Notes under the pieces: model-generated | Told to the model about the DNA's origin: nothing | The model's input: only the letters and a program-made list of their open reading frames with translations | Databases searched by the model: none | Shown: positions 9,865 through 19,876 of the stretch, one piece after another | How the letters are laid out: every line of letters begins with the position of its first letter | Position numbering within the stretch: the stretch's first letter is position 1 | Position numbers and translations under genes: made by a program | NCBI GenBank assembly: GCA_026395685.1 | Contig: JAPLYG010000018.1 | Span: 288 to 64,287, forward strand | Origin: Candidatus Parcubacteria bacterium | GTDB taxonomy: Bacteria > Patescibacteriota > Patescibacteriia > CAIXNZ01 | DNA: 64,000 nucleotides | Direction of reading: 5' to 3'

Positions 9865-9987
9865 GGCCGCAATATTTTGTATTTTGTACTATGTGTATAA
9901 AAAGTGCATAAACCTCGGGATAATTATGTGTATAACTATGTGTATAAGCATGTTGAAAATTTGTTTATAATTAGCCTAGAAATGGCT

Positions 9988-10016
9988 TGACGCAATCTGT
10001 AAATAATTATACAATA
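9988..10016 (+). promoter_or_regulatory. Sigma70-like promoter (TTGACG-N17-TACAAT)
   Basis: Consensus-like hexamers with a 17-nt spacer. Drives the short unit that ends at the terminator 10144..10175. Confidence 0.5.
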
Positions 10017-10143
10017 CAATCACGAACCCTACTTGATTACTGAGTTAAGTATTTCTAATCTCAATTTTTTTGGGATTGGTATTTGGCTCAGTGTCCTAAG
10101 CGGGGTTTTTTGTTGGATAAAATTTTATGGAGGAGAACTTTAA

Positions 10144-10175
10144 AGGAAACACCACGCTGTTTCCTTTTTGTTTTG
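10144..10175 (+). terminator. Rho-independent terminator closing a ~150-nt unit that contains an SD plus a 23-codon ORF
   Basis: aggaaaca-ccacgc-tgtttcct hairpin followed by a T-run. Upstream, GGAGGAG-ATG 10127 opens the ORF MEENFKGNTTLFPFCFVHCRLGR. Confidence 0.55.
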
Positions 10176-10279
10176 TTCACTGTCGTTTAGGAAGGTAATT
10201 AGGATGCTTAAGAGTTTTAAGGGATATTGGCAGATTAACGCAGTAACCAGCCAAAGAAGTAGAAAGGGGGAAGTCTAAA

Positions 10280-11158
10280 ATGGTAGCGACCAAGCTCGTG
10301 ATGAATAATCAGATCCCCAGAGTTTTCAAAAACCTGGATCCTGAAACTCAGCAACTCGCGCAAGCGATTTGCGGCCACAAAGTCAACGGCATAAATGTGC
10401 ATCTGAAGCATTTGGCTGAAAACCTCAGACGTTCGGAAATGATTATTTGGGTGACCAAACGGCTCATTTCGGATGAGGCCCTTGGCGTCAACTGGGAGCA
10501 TTTGCTGGAGGATATTACTGAACAATGCCTCAAACCGTTCCACGAAGAAACCTACCGCCATCTTAAGCGTATGCACCAGATCGTGGCGGAACAGTTGAAA
10601 TTGCTGGAGCATCAAAAGCCTGAACAGCTGGATGACTTTGGCTGTGAAGACTTCCGTACTATGCATCATTTTGAACTGACTCCGGAAGATCAACAAAATC
10701 TGAAATGGGCTGCTGCTTTCCATGATTTGGGGCGTATGTGTTATCCAGTTTCTTTCTGGAATACGCCAGGTCGATTCAGCCAGAAACAGCGAGAGCAGCT
10801 TGAGTTCCATGCTCGGAATTTTTACTTCCTGGGAGAAATGCTTAATGTTTGCCAGGAGGTAATCGCCCTGTCAGTATTGCATCATTATCCCAATAAGGGC
10901 TATCCTGATAACGGTATTATTGCTAAGTTAAGGCCCTTTTTGGATCAGCCGAAATTTCAGTACATGCTGAAATGGCTGGTTACTAACGATGTTTACGGCG
11001 GTGCGACCGACAAGCGCAGTTACCGGGATCAAATCTGGACTCACGAACAAGTGATCCAGCAAACTATGCCTGTGGAAATGGCTCGCGTAGGCCTGGGTTG
11101 GGTGCCTTTTATTCAGGCGCTAAAACAATCCGGACAAAGAGTCGTTTGCCCAGCTTAA
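10280..11158 (+). CDS. Stand-alone HD-GYP-type phosphohydrolase (candidate cyclic-dinucleotide phosphodiesterase)
   Basis: Motifs AAAFHDLGR, PGRFSQKQREQLEFH, HHYPNKGYPDNG (HHExxDGxGYP-like) and NDVYGGATDKRSYRD. Preceded by AAAGGGGGAAG. Coding G+C is visibly higher than in fusA or tuf. Confidence 0.7.
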   Translation: MVATKLVMNNQIPRVFKNLDPETQQLAQAICGHKVNGINVHLKHLAENLRRSEMIIWVTKRLISDEALGVNWEHLLEDITEQCLKPFHEETYRHLKRMHQIVAEQLKLLEHQKPEQLDDFGCEDFRTMHHFELTPEDQQNLKWAAAFHDLGRMCYPVSFWNTPGRFSQKQREQLEFHARNFYFLGEMLNVCQEVIALSVLHHYPNKGYPDNGIIAKLRPFLDQPKFQYMLKWLVTNDVYGGATDKRSYRDQIWTHEQVIQQTMPVEMARVGLGWVPFIQALKQSGQRVVCPA

Positions 11159-11261
11159 CCCTTCAAAGGGCCCCCTTCTACTCAGCTCTATTGTTGGGAG
11201 GAGAGGGCCCTTGACTTTCTTTTCGATTTAAGTTAAGTTATATATAGTTTTTTAGAATTTT

Positions 11262-11325
11262 TGTCCGCCAGGGGCGGGTTCCCGCCATAGGCGGGCAGGC
11301 TGCCTTTGGCGGACAAACTTTTTTT
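11262..11325 (+). repeat. GC-rich palindromic unit, copy 2, acting as a terminator
   Basis: gtccgccaggggcgggttcccgccataggcgggcaggctgcctttggcggac followed by TTTTTTT. Confidence 0.7.
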
Positions 11326-11330
11326 ATTTT

Positions 11331-11642
11331 ATGATCAACTTGCAAAGAATTTTAGATCTTATACGCAAAACAGGGGATAAATATATTTTTGAAGATGAAA
11401 ATAATGGCATGTTTGTAGTTATGTCTTTGCCTGATTATGAAAATTATATTTTTAAAAATAATCAGCTGAAAGACTTATCAGAGGAAGAGCTTTTAAATAA
11501 AATAAATAAAGATATCGCCATCTGGAAAGCTACCCAGGAGGACAAAACATTGGCTGAAAACTGGCATGATTTGCCCCTGGAAGAAAAAAAATCATCAGAA
11601 GATGATCAATACTATTTTGAGCCTGTTGAGGATGAGGAATAA
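11331..11642 (+). CDS. Small acidic protein, possibly a Phd/YefM-like antitoxin fold (orphan)
   Basis: The N-terminus ...GMFVVMSLPDYENY resembles the Phd/YefM core, and the C-terminus is acidic. No toxin partner is adjacent. Native low GC, no SD. Confidence 0.3.
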   Translation: MINLQRILDLIRKTGDKYIFEDENNGMFVVMSLPDYENYIFKNNQLKDLSEEELLNKINKDIAIWKATQEDKTLAENWHDLPLEEKKSSEDDQYYFEPVEDEE

Positions 11643-11781
11643 AAAATACTTGCCAAGGCTTGAAATTGTGCTATAATTATAGACACATTAACCCAAATAT
11701 AATTATTAATTAAATTTAGTGGGCGGCTGGATAAAACTCTCCCGTTTTAGGGTCAGAGGCCGTTACCCAGGAGTTAAAACA

Positions 11782-12969
11782 ATGGCAGAAAAATACGAAC
11801 GTAAAAAGCCCCATGTTAACGTCGGTACAATCGGTCACGTTGACCATGGAAAAACCACGTTAACAGCTGCAATTTTAAATTATATTAACGCTATTGGCGG
11901 CAAAGCGCAGCAAAAAAGTGTTGCTCAGATTGATGCAGCCCCAGAAGAAAAAGAACGTGGTATTACTATTGCCACTGCTCACGTTGAATATGAAACTGAA
12001 AAAAGGCACTATGCCCACGTTGATTGCCCTGGCCATGCTGATTATATCAAAAATATGATTACTGGCGCGGCACAAATGGATGGCGCTATTTTGGTTGTAG
12101 CTGCGACAGATGGTCCGATGCCTCAAACTCGTGAACATATTTTATTAGCAAGACAGGTAGGCGTACCTTCAATTGTTGTATTCTTAAATAAGGTTGATCA
12201 GGTTTCTGATCCGGAACTGATAAGTTTAGTTGAAGAAGAAGTTCGTGAATTATTGAAAAAATATGAATATCCAGGTGATGAAACTCCTATTATCAGAGGC
12301 TCAGCTTTGAAGGCCTTGGAAAATCCTAAAGGAGAAGATGGCAAATGCATTCAACAGCTTTTAGATGCTTTGGATAGCTTTATTCCTGAACCAAAGAGAG
12401 AGATTGATAAGCCTTTCTTAATGCCGGTGGAAGATGTTTTCTCTATTGAAGGACGCGGTACTGTAGTTACTGGTAAAATTGAAAGAGGTAAAATCAAGGT
12501 TTCTGAAGAAATTGAAATTGTTGGTCTCAAACCCACTCAAAAAACAGTAGTTACTGGTATTGAAATGTTTAATAAATCATTAGATGAAGGTATGGCTGGT
12601 GACAATGCCGGCTTATTATTGAGAGGTACTAAAAAGGAAGATGTAGAAAGAGGCCAAGTTATTGCTAAGCCAGGATCAATTACGCCTCACACTGAATTTG
12701 AAGCAGAGGTTTATATTTTAACCAAAGAAGAAGGTGGCAGACATAAACCATTTTTTAAAGGATATAAACCGCAATTTTATATCAGAACAACTGACGTTAC
12801 GGGTGAAATTGAAATTTTAGGCGGCGCTGAAATGGTTATGCCGGGCGATACCATCCATTTAAAGGTAAAATTAATTGCTCCCGTTGCTTTGGAAGAAAAA
12901 GGTAAACTTGCCATTCGTGAAGGCGGCAAAACAGTTGGTGCTGGCGTGGTAGTTAAAATTATTGCTTAA
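11782..12969 (+). CDS. tuf: Elongation factor Tu
   Basis: [26 protein letters not shown]... The track ORF starts at an upstream in-frame GTG. ATG 11782 matches the EF-Tu N-terminus. Confidence 0.95.
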   Translation: MAEKYERKKPHVNVGTIGHVDHGKTTLTAAILNYINAIGGKAQQKSVAQIDAAPEEKERGITIATAHVEYETEKRHYAHVDCPGHADYIKNMITGAAQMDGAILVVAATDGPMPQTREHILLARQVGVPSIVVFLNKVDQVSDPELISLVEEEVRELLKKYEYPGDETPIIRGSALKALENPKGEDGKCIQQLLDALDSFIPEPKREIDKPFLMPVEDVFSIEGRGTVVTGKIERGKIKVSEEIEIVGLKPTQKTVVTGIEMFNKSLDEGMAGDNAGLLLRGTKKEDVERGQVIAKPGSITPHTEFEAEVYILTKEEGGRHKPFFKGYKPQFYIRTTDVTGEIEILGGAEMVMPGDTIHLKVKLIAPVALEEKGKLAIREGGKTVGAGVVVKIIA

Positions 12970-12981
12970 GTGAATAGGGTA

Positions 12982-13016
12982 AACCCCCGCCCCCAAAAAA
13001 GGGGCGGGGTTTTATT
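12982..13016 (+). terminator. Rho-independent terminator after tuf
   Basis: acccccgcccc-aaaaaa-ggggcggggt followed by a T-run. Confidence 0.8.
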
Positions 13017-13071
13017 CCCGAATAAAATTAAAAAATAGTTAAATAACCTAATTAAAATTAATTAATAGTTC

Positions 13072-13404
13072 ATGTCTAAGATGGAAAAGACAAAAGAAGA
13101 AAAACAGAAAATCAGAATTAAAATCCGGGCATACGATCATAAAATAATTGATCAGTCAGTCAGGACAATTATGGATACAGCAACCAGAACAGGAGCCCAA
13201 ATTTCAGGGCCCATTCCCTTGCCTGTTGAAAAGAAAAAGTACACAGTTTTAAGCTCTACATTTGTTCATAAAAATGCTCGTGACCAATATGAAATGCGCG
13301 TCCATAAGAGATTAGTGGATATTATTGAGCCAACACCGGCAACTATCGAAGCTTTGACGAATTTGAATTTGCCAGCCGGGGTTGATGTTGAAATAAAAAT
13401 GTAA
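13072..13404 (+). CDS. rpsJ: 30S ribosomal protein S10
   Basis: S10/NusE family similarity over the full length. Confidence 0.95.
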   Translation: MSKMEKTKEEKQKIRIKIRAYDHKIIDQSVRTIMDTATRTGAQISGPIPLPVEKKKYTVLSSTFVHKNARDQYEMRVHKRLVDIIEPTPATIEALTNLNLPAGVDVEIKM

Positions 13405-13731
13405 GCCTTGACAAGTAAACTGAATTTCGCTAAGCTTATACTAGGTTTAAAAATTTTTGATTTTTTGAAATTTTTAACTTTTTAGATGTAAAGAAAGCTT
13501 CCCTGATATAGGGAATAACCTTTATATTTAGCGAGTTAATTGAGGAGACATTAATTTCCAAATAAAAAATAAATCCAGAACATCTTTACTAATCAGGCTG
13601 CTTTTTTTAATTTTAATCTGGATTTGAGTACCAGATTTTTTATTTCTAAAAATTTTTAATTGGCAATAGGAAGGTTGAAATTAAGTGAAGATTATTTCAA
13701 GTTTCTAATTTCCAGTAAGATTAAATATATT

Positions 13732-14454
13732 ATGAAGTTTATCTTAGGTAAAAAAGTAGAAATGAGCCAAAAGTATAAAGAAGATGGGCGCGTAATTCCC
13801 GTAACTATTGTTAAGGCAGGGCCTTGTTTTATTAGTCAGGTAAAAAATAATGAAAAAGACGGTTATCAGTCAGTCCAGGTCGGCATTGAAGGTAAGAAAA
13901 AGTTAAATAAGGCATTAGGCGGTCATTTGAAGGGATTAAAAACCGCTCGTTGCTTGAAAGAATTTAGAGCGCAAAATGAAGAAGGATTTCAGAAAGGTCA
14001 GGAAATTACTGTCGCTGTTTTTACTCCGGGAGATAAAGTTACGGTCACTGCAAATTCTAAAGGACGAGGTTTTCAAGGGGTTGTCAAAAGACATCATTTT
14101 TCCGGCGCTCCTAAATCTCATGGTGATAAGGACCAATTAAGAAAGGGAGGCTCAATCGGCGCTCAGCGTCCACAAAGAGTTTTAAAAAATAAGAGAATGC
14201 CGGGTCATATGGGCGATGAGCAGGTAAGTGTTAAAAATTTAGAAGTAATTGAAATTGATGAGAAAAATAATTTAATTTATATTAAAGGAGCTATCCCAGG
14301 AAGCCGCAATGCTTTGGTAAAAATCGTAGCTGAGGGTGATATGAAATTGGCTTCTGCAGCAGTTGCAAATAAGGAAACCCCTGCAGTTGAAGTTCAAGCT
14401 CCGGAGAATAAAGATAACAAAGAACAAGTTGAAGAAATTGTCGAAAATAAATAA
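13732..14454 (+). CDS. rplC: 50S ribosomal protein L3 (with Lys/Glu-rich C-terminal tail)
   Basis: MKFILGKKVEMSQ...; the start was moved to ATG 13732 to match the L3 N-terminus. The C-terminal extension runs ...ETPAVEVQAPENKDNKEQVEEIVENK. Confidence 0.9.
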   Translation: MKFILGKKVEMSQKYKEDGRVIPVTIVKAGPCFISQVKNNEKDGYQSVQVGIEGKKKLNKALGGHLKGLKTARCLKEFRAQNEEGFQKGQEITVAVFTPGDKVTVTANSKGRGFQGVVKRHHFSGAPKSHGDKDQLRKGGSIGAQRPQRVLKNKRMPGHMGDEQVSVKNLEVIEIDEKNNLIYIKGAIPGSRNALVKIVAEGDMKLASAAVANKETPAVEVQAPENKDNKEQVEEIVENK

Positions 14455-14471
14455 TTCTAGATGCTATTTTT

Positions 14472-15107
14472 ATGATAAAAGTCAAAGTTTACAATTTAGA
14501 AGGCAAAGAGCTTGACGAACTGAAATTGGATCCAGCTATTTTTGGAATAGAGATAAATCCGAATTTAGTTCATCAGGTTGTCTTGGCACAGCAAGCCAAT
14601 GCCAGATTGACTTTAGCTCATACTAAAACTAAAGGAGAAGTTCGTGGAGGCGGCCGTAAGCCTTGGAAACAAAAGGGCACTGGTCGCGCTAGGCACGGCT
14701 CTAATCGGTCTCCTTTATGGATCGGCGGTGGCATCACTTTTGGTCCTCGTACTGATAGGAATTTTGCCCAGAAGATAAACAGAAAAATGAAACGAAAAGC
14801 CTTGTTTATGGGTTTAACTGATAAGGTTAAAGAAGATAATTTTGTGGTTGTTGATAAATTAGAATTACCAGAAATTAAAACAAAAAAAATAATTAATATT
14901 TTTAGCAAGTTGCCATTAAAGAAATCGCCTTCAATTTTAGTCGTACTGGCAGCAACTGATGAGAAAATAATGAAATCAATACAGAATTTGCCGCAAGTAA
15001 AATCAATCTTAGCAGATAGCTTAAATATTATTGATATTTTGCAATACAACTATATTTTAATTGATAAGGCAGGCATAAATAAAGTAATTGAGACATATAA
15101 GAAATAA
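14472..15107 (+). CDS. rplD: 50S ribosomal protein L4
   Basis: L4 family similarity (GGGRKPWKQKGTGRAR). Confidence 0.95.
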   Translation: MIKVKVYNLEGKELDELKLDPAIFGIEINPNLVHQVVLAQQANARLTLAHTKTKGEVRGGGRKPWKQKGTGRARHGSNRSPLWIGGGITFGPRTDRNFAQKINRKMKRKALFMGLTDKVKEDNFVVVDKLELPEIKTKKIINIFSKLPLKKSPSILVVLAATDEKIMKSIQNLPQVKSILADSLNIIDILQYNYILIDKAGINKVIETYKK

Positions 15108-15111
15108 TAAT

Positions 15112-15600
15112 ATGGGAATTTTAGACCGATTTATTAAAACAAAGAAAACAGAAAAGGCAAAAGAGGTAAAAAAAGAAACCCCTGATGTTAATACTGAGAA
15201 AAAACAAGCGGTTAAGGCCATTACTGAAAAAACTTCGTCATTAAAATTGAAAACAGAAGCAACGAAACCAGTGGCAAATACTGACAAGGCGGCAAAAACA
15301 AAAAAAGGAGAATCTGACTATGCTTTTAGAATATTATCCAAGGCGTTGATTACTGAAAAGGCTACAAACTTAGTGGGATTAAATAAATATTCTTTTAAGG
15401 TTAATAAATCAGCAAATAAGATTGAAGTTAAAAACGCAATGAAGGCTTTATATGGGGTGGAACCGGTTAGCGTGAATATAATTAATGAAAGAGGCAAAAG
15501 AATAAGCTATGGCAGAATAAAAGGTAAAAAGAGTAATTGGAAAAAGGCCATTGTTACCCTGAAAAAGGGAGAAAAAATTGAAGTTTACGAGGGAGTATAA
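15112..15600 (+). CDS. rplW: 50S ribosomal protein L23 with a ~70-aa Lys/Thr-rich N-terminal extension
   Basis: The C-terminal ~95 aa is L23 (DYAFRILSKALITEKAT...). ATG 15112 sits immediately after the rplD stop. Confidence 0.85.
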   Translation: MGILDRFIKTKKTEKAKEVKKETPDVNTEKKQAVKAITEKTSSLKLKTEATKPVANTDKAAKTKKGESDYAFRILSKALITEKATNLVGLNKYSFKVNKSANKIEVKNAMKALYGVEPVSVNIINERGKRISYGRIKGKKSNWKKAIVTLKKGEKIEVYEGV

Positions 15601-15623
15601 TTTAAATTTTAAATTTTGTAGAT

Positions 15624-16475
15624 ATGGGAATTAAGTTTTACAAACCAATAACCGCAGGTATTCGTCACGCAAGCGTTGATGATTTTTCTGATATTACAAA
15701 TAAGAAGCCTTTGAAAAAATTGATTTGCATTAAAAGAAAAAGTGGCGGCCGGAATGCTCAGGGTAAAATTACCGTTAGACATATTGGCGGAGGTTCCAAA
15801 CAATTTATCAGGCTGATTGATTTTAAACGTGATAAATTTGATATTCCGGCAACAGTTATTTCCATAGAATACGATCCTAACCGAAATGCCAGAATCGCTT
15901 TGATTAAATTTACCGATGGTGAAAAAAAATATATTATTGCCCCCGGTAATTTAAAAGTCGGTGATCAGGTCGTTAATTATAAGGAAAAAACGCCAGAAAT
16001 AAAAGTTGGTAATTCTATGAGTTTAGAAAAGATTCCAGTCGGATCATTTATTTATAATATTGAAGTAACGCCAGGTAAAGGGGGGCAATTAGTCAGAAGT
16101 GCTGGCAATAGCGCCCAGCTTTTGGCAATTGAGGGCGATTATGCAACTATTAAACTGCCGTCTGGCGAAATTCGTAAGCTATTGAAAAAATGCACCGTGG
16201 TTTTAGGTACCTCGAGTAATCCCGAGGCAATGAATATCAGATTGGGCAAGGCTGGACGCACAAGGCATCGCGGTATTAGACCAACTGTCCGTGGTAAAGC
16301 CATGAATCCAGTTGATCATCCTCATGGTGGCGGCGAAGGTAAGCATCCTATCGGTATGAAATATCCAAAAACAAAATGGGGTCGTCATGCTTTAGGTGTA
16401 AAAACACGAAATCCAAATAAATATTCAAATAAATTAATTATTCAAAGAAAAAATAAACAGAAAATGGCAGTTTAA
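15624..16475 (+). CDS. rplB: 50S ribosomal protein L2
   Basis: L2 signature (...HGGGEGK...) over the full length. Confidence 0.95.
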   Translation: MGIKFYKPITAGIRHASVDDFSDITNKKPLKKLICIKRKSGGRNAQGKITVRHIGGGSKQFIRLIDFKRDKFDIPATVISIEYDPNRNARIALIKFTDGEKKYIIAPGNLKVGDQVVNYKEKTPEIKVGNSMSLEKIPVGSFIYNIEVTPGKGGQLVRSAGNSAQLLAIEGDYATIKLPSGEIRKLLKKCTVVLGTSSNPEAMNIRLGKAGRTRHRGIRPTVRGKAMNPVDHPHGGGEGKHPIGMKYPKTKWGRHALGVKTRNPNKYSNKLIIQRKNKQKMAV

Positions 16476-16506
16476 AGTAAGTACTAATTTATTATAGTAA
16501 TAAAAT

Positions 16507-16842
16507 ATGTCAAGAAGTTTAAAAAAAGGCCCATATATAAATGAGAAGTTATTGAAAAAAGTATCCCAATTGAAGGCTAATGATAAAACAGTAATAAAAA
16601 CTTGGGATAGAGCGTGTACTATTACTCCGGAAATGGTCGGCTTTAAAATTGGAGTCCATAATGGCCGGGAGCATATTGTAGTTGATATCATTGAAAATAT
16701 GGTCGGTCATAAATTAGGTGAGTTTTCAGCGACTAGAAAATTTGTTTCTCATGGTGGTAAAATGGCTAAAGAACAGCAAAAGGGCCCGGAAACAGCGGCT
16801 CCGGCAGTAACCGTTCCTGCAGCGTCTAAAACTAAAAAATAA
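16507..16842 (+). CDS. rpsS: 30S ribosomal protein S19 (C-terminal extension)
   Basis: S19 core plus about 20 extra C-terminal residues. Confidence 0.9.
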   Translation: MSRSLKKGPYINEKLLKKVSQLKANDKTVIKTWDRACTITPEMVGFKIGVHNGREHIVVDIIENMVGHKLGEFSATRKFVSHGGKMAKEQQKGPETAAPAVTVPAASKTKK

Positions 16843-16866
16843 TTTTTATTGCTAAATTAATTATAT

Positions 16867-17463
16867 ATGCAAGTTAAAGCACAATTAAAATATTTGAGAA
16901 TGTCCCCGAAAAAATTGAGGTTAATAGCCGATATTATAAGGGGAATGAAAGTGGAAGATGCTTTGATCCAGCTGTCTTTTGTTAATCGTTTAGCGAGAAA
17001 GCCGATAATTAAATTGTTAAATTCTGCGATTGCGAATGCCGTGAATAATTTCAATTTAAAAAAAGATAATTTGATGGTTAAGGAAATAAAAGTAGATATG
17101 GCGGGTATGCTTAAAAGATGGCAATATAAAGCTCATGGAAGAGCGACACCGTTAAGAAAAAGAAACGCTCATATTTTGCTGGTATTAGAAGAAATCGTGC
17201 CTAGTAAGACAAAAGCCAAAAAAGTTAAGGCTGAAAAAGCAGTAAAAGTTTCTTCTTTAGAGGAAATCAAGGATAAAGAAATCCCCAGGAAATTAGAAGT
17301 AAAAGAAGAAAAAATATCAAAAGAAGTTGAAAAGGGCAATGAAGAATCGCCCATTGATATAAGAATGGAAGGGAAAAGACGACATAAACAAAATCTTGAT
17401 AAACGGCAGATGAAAGGTGAAAAGGGATTTATTAAGAAAATTTTTAATAGAAAATCAGGTTAA
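16867..17463 (+). CDS. rplV: 50S ribosomal protein L22 with a ~85-aa Lys/Glu-rich C-terminal extension
   Basis: L22 core in the first ~110 aa, followed by a low-complexity K/E tail. Confidence 0.9.
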   Translation: MQVKAQLKYLRMSPKKLRLIADIIRGMKVEDALIQLSFVNRLARKPIIKLLNSAIANAVNNFNLKKDNLMVKEIKVDMAGMLKRWQYKAHGRATPLRKRNAHILLVLEEIVPSKTKAKKVKAEKAVKVSSLEEIKDKEIPRKLEVKEEKISKEVEKGNEESPIDIRMEGKRRHKQNLDKRQMKGEKGFIKKIFNRKSG

Positions 17464-17490
17464 ATAATATTTGATAAAAGTTTTAATAAT

Positions 17491-18165
17491 ATGGGTAATA
17501 AAGTTAATCCAAAAGCAATAAGAATAGGTGTAAATAGAGGCTGGGATTCCAAATGGTTTTCACAACGCAACTTTTGCATTTACTTGCGGCAGGATTTAGC
17601 AATTCGTAAATTTTTAAAGGGCAAATTGAAAGATTCAGGCGTCGCCGGTATTGATATTGAAAGATCTGGCCAAAATTTAACCATCATTATCCATGCTGTC
17701 AAGCCGGGTGTAATTATCGGACGTTCAGGTGTCGGCATTGAAGATTTAAAAAATGCCTTAAGAAAAAATATTTTAAATAAAGAAGTATTAAAGACACCGG
17801 CTAAAGTTAATTTAAATATTAATATTTTGGAGGTTGACAAACCAAATTTAAATGCCCAGATCGTTTTAGATAATATAATCGCAGATTTAGAAAAAAGAAT
17901 TCCTTTTAGACGTACCATGAAACAGTCGATCAGTAGAGTCATGAGAGCCGGAGCTAAAGGTGTTAAAGTTAACATTTCTGGCCGTTTGAACGGCGCAGAA
18001 ATCGCACGCGATGAAGTTTTAAGCGAGGGTGAAATCCCTTTGCATACTTTACGCGCAGATATTGATTATTCCCGCGGAGCAGCGCAAACTATTTACGGCA
18101 AAATCGGAGTTAAGGTCTGGATTTATAAAGGGGAAGTTTTTAATAAGAAAATAATTAAATTATAA
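17491..18165 (+). CDS. rpsC: 30S ribosomal protein S3
   Basis: KH and S3-C domains. Confidence 0.95.
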   Translation: MGNKVNPKAIRIGVNRGWDSKWFSQRNFCIYLRQDLAIRKFLKGKLKDSGVAGIDIERSGQNLTIIIHAVKPGVIIGRSGVGIEDLKNALRKNILNKEVLKTPAKVNLNINILEVDKPNLNAQIVLDNIIADLEKRIPFRRTMKQSISRVMRAGAKGVKVNISGRLNGAEIARDEVLSEGEIPLHTLRADIDYSRGAAQTIYGKIGVKVWIYKGEVFNKKIIKL

Positions 18166-18180
18166 GATAGGATATTATAT

Positions 18181-18594
18181 ATGTTGATGCCTAAAAAAGT
18201 AAAACATCGAAAATGGCACAAGGGCCGCAAGCGCAATCTGGGAATAAGTGCCAGCCGCACGGAATTGAATTTCGGTAGTTATGGATTAAAGGCCATGACT
18301 CACGCCTGGGTAACTGCCAGGCAAATTGAGGCTGCCAGAAGAACCCTTACGCATTATTTAAAACGGGGAGGTAAAGTCTGGATTCGAATTTTTCCTGATA
18401 AGCCTGTAACCAAAAAAGGCTCAGAAGTGCCGATGGGTTCGGGAAAAGGAGCTCCGGATCACTTTGTGGTAGTTGTAAAACCCGGAGTAATTATGTTTGA
18501 AATGGAAGGCGTTGCTATTGATAAGGCGCAGGAAGCTATGAGGTTGGCCAGTTTTAAACTTCCGATGAAGACTAAATTTATAAGTAAACAATAA
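18181..18594 (+). CDS. rplP: 50S ribosomal protein L16
   Basis: [11 protein letters not shown]... L16 family. Confidence 0.95.
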   Translation: MLMPKKVKHRKWHKGRKRNLGISASRTELNFGSYGLKAMTHAWVTARQIEAARRTLTHYLKRGGKVWIRIFPDKPVTKKGSEVPMGSGKGAPDHFVVVVKPGVIMFEMEGVAIDKAQEAMRLASFKLPMKTKFISKQ

Positions 18595-18610
18595 TTTAAT
18601 AGTATTGAAT

Positions 18611-18826
18611 ATGAAAGTTAAAGAAGAATTAAAAGAGTTAAAAGCAAAATCAAAGACAGAGCTGAATAAGCTTTTGGTTTCTAGTCGTGAAAAACTGAGA
18701 GAATTGCGTTTTAAGGTTGCCCAGAATAATTTAAAAAATATCAGAGAAGTTCGTGTTCTAAAAAAGAAAATTGCCAAGTTGAACACTTTGCTCGTCAGTA
18801 AAGGAAAGGAAGTCGAGACTAAATAA
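18611..18826 (+). CDS. rpmC: 50S ribosomal protein L29
   Basis: MKVKEELKELK...; L29 coiled-coil family. Confidence 0.85.
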   Translation: MKVKEELKELKAKSKTELNKLLVSSREKLRELRFKVAQNNLKNIREVRVLKKKIAKLNTLLVSKGKEVETK

Positions 18827-18846
18827 TAGCAAATAATTATTTTAAT

Positions 18847-19104
18847 ATGGGATCACAAAAAACCAAAAAAATTATAAGACAGTTTCAGGGGATTGTTACC
18901 AGTGATAAAATGGATAAAACCAGGGTGGTTATTGTCTCTGCTTTTAAATGGCATCCGAAATATAAAAAGCAGTATAAATCAAGCAAGAAATATAAAGTTC
19001 ATGATGAAAAAAATTTGTCTCGGGCGGGCAATGAAGTTATTTTTCAGGAATGCAGGCCTTTAAGCAAGGATAAACGCTGGCGTTTAATAAAAATAGTTAA
19101 ATAA
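18847..19104 (+). CDS. rpsQ: 30S ribosomal protein S17
   Basis: S17 OB-fold ([15 protein letters not shown]). Confidence 0.9.
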   Translation: MGSQKTKKIIRQFQGIVTSDKMDKTRVVIVSAFKWHPKYKKQYKSSKKYKVHDEKNLSRAGNEVIFQECRPLSKDKRWRLIKIVK

Positions 19105-19109
19105 AATAT

Positions 19110-19481
19110 ATGGTTCAATTAAGATCGATGTTAAAATTAGCTGATAATACCGGCGCAAAAAAGTTGCAGGTTATTAGAGTTTTAGGAGGATATAAAAAGC
19201 GTTACGGCCGTTTAGGTGATATTATCACAGCTTCAGTTAAAGAAGCCGTTCCTCATGGCATGGTTAAAAAAAGTGAAGTTGTTCATGCAGTTTTAGTGCG
19301 CACAAGAAAAGAGGTCCGCAGGGCAGACGGGTCATATATACGTTTTGATGATAATGCCGCAGTAATTATCGATATGAAATCTCATGAACCTATTGGCAGC
19401 CGTATCTTAGGCCCAGTGGCCAGAGAGTTGAGAGCCGCTGGATTTAATAAAATAATTTCTTTGGCTCCGGAAGTATTATAA
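19110..19481 (+). CDS. rplN: 50S ribosomal protein L14
   Basis: L14 family over the full length. Confidence 0.95.
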   Translation: MVQLRSMLKLADNTGAKKLQVIRVLGGYKKRYGRLGDIITASVKEAVPHGMVKKSEVVHAVLVRTRKEVRRADGSYIRFDDNAAVIIDMKSHEPIGSRILGPVARELRAAGFNKIISLAPEVL

Positions 19482-19502
19482 GAATTGATTATTTAATGAC
19501 AT

Positions 19503-19856
19503 ATGAAAAAAAATTTAATCCCCGTATTAAGCGGAAAATTAAAAACAGGCGACAGGGTAAAAGTAATCGCAGGCAAAGATAACGGCAAGAAAGGGAAAAT
19601 CTTGCAGGTTTTTGCTGATCGCAATCGCGCCTCAGTTGAAGGAATTAATTTAGCAATCAAATATTTAAAACCCAGAAAACAAGGGGAGAAGGGCCAGAAA
19701 ATTGAATTTCCTGCTCCTATCAATATGTCAAACTTAATGTTATTATGCCCAAGATGCAATAAAGCTGTAAGAATTAGGAGTAAGTTTTTAGATACAGCAG
19801 GTAAAAAAGCGAAAAAAGTCAGAATTTGCGGAAAATGTAAAGAATTAATTGATTAA
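19503..19856 (+). CDS. rplX: 50S ribosomal protein L24 with a C-terminal CxxC...CxxC zinc ribbon
   Basis: KOW domain plus a C-terminal CPRCNK...CGKCKE. Confidence 0.85.
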   Translation: MKKNLIPVLSGKLKTGDRVKVIAGKDNGKKGKILQVFADRNRASVEGINLAIKYLKPRKQGEKGQKIEFPAPINMSNLMLLCPRCNKAVRIRSKFLDTAGKKAKKVRICGKCKELID

Positions 19857-19876
19857 AATAGTTTTAATTTATTACT

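Noticed and set aside
9885-9960. Interpreting the DnaA-box-like repeats as the chromosomal oriC
   Set aside because: No dnaA or dnaN is nearby. The repeats sit inside an apparently acquired cassette. parAB is 30 kb away. This fits iterons or a regulator site better than oriC.
14618-15049. Minus-strand ORFs embedded in ribosomal protein genes (e.g. 14618..15049, 17580..17975, 18421..18786, 22649..22960, 8240..8875)
   Set aside because: They overlap well-supported conserved genes on the opposite strand, have low-complexity translations, and have no start or RBS context. They are frame artefacts of AT-rich or repetitive coding sequence.
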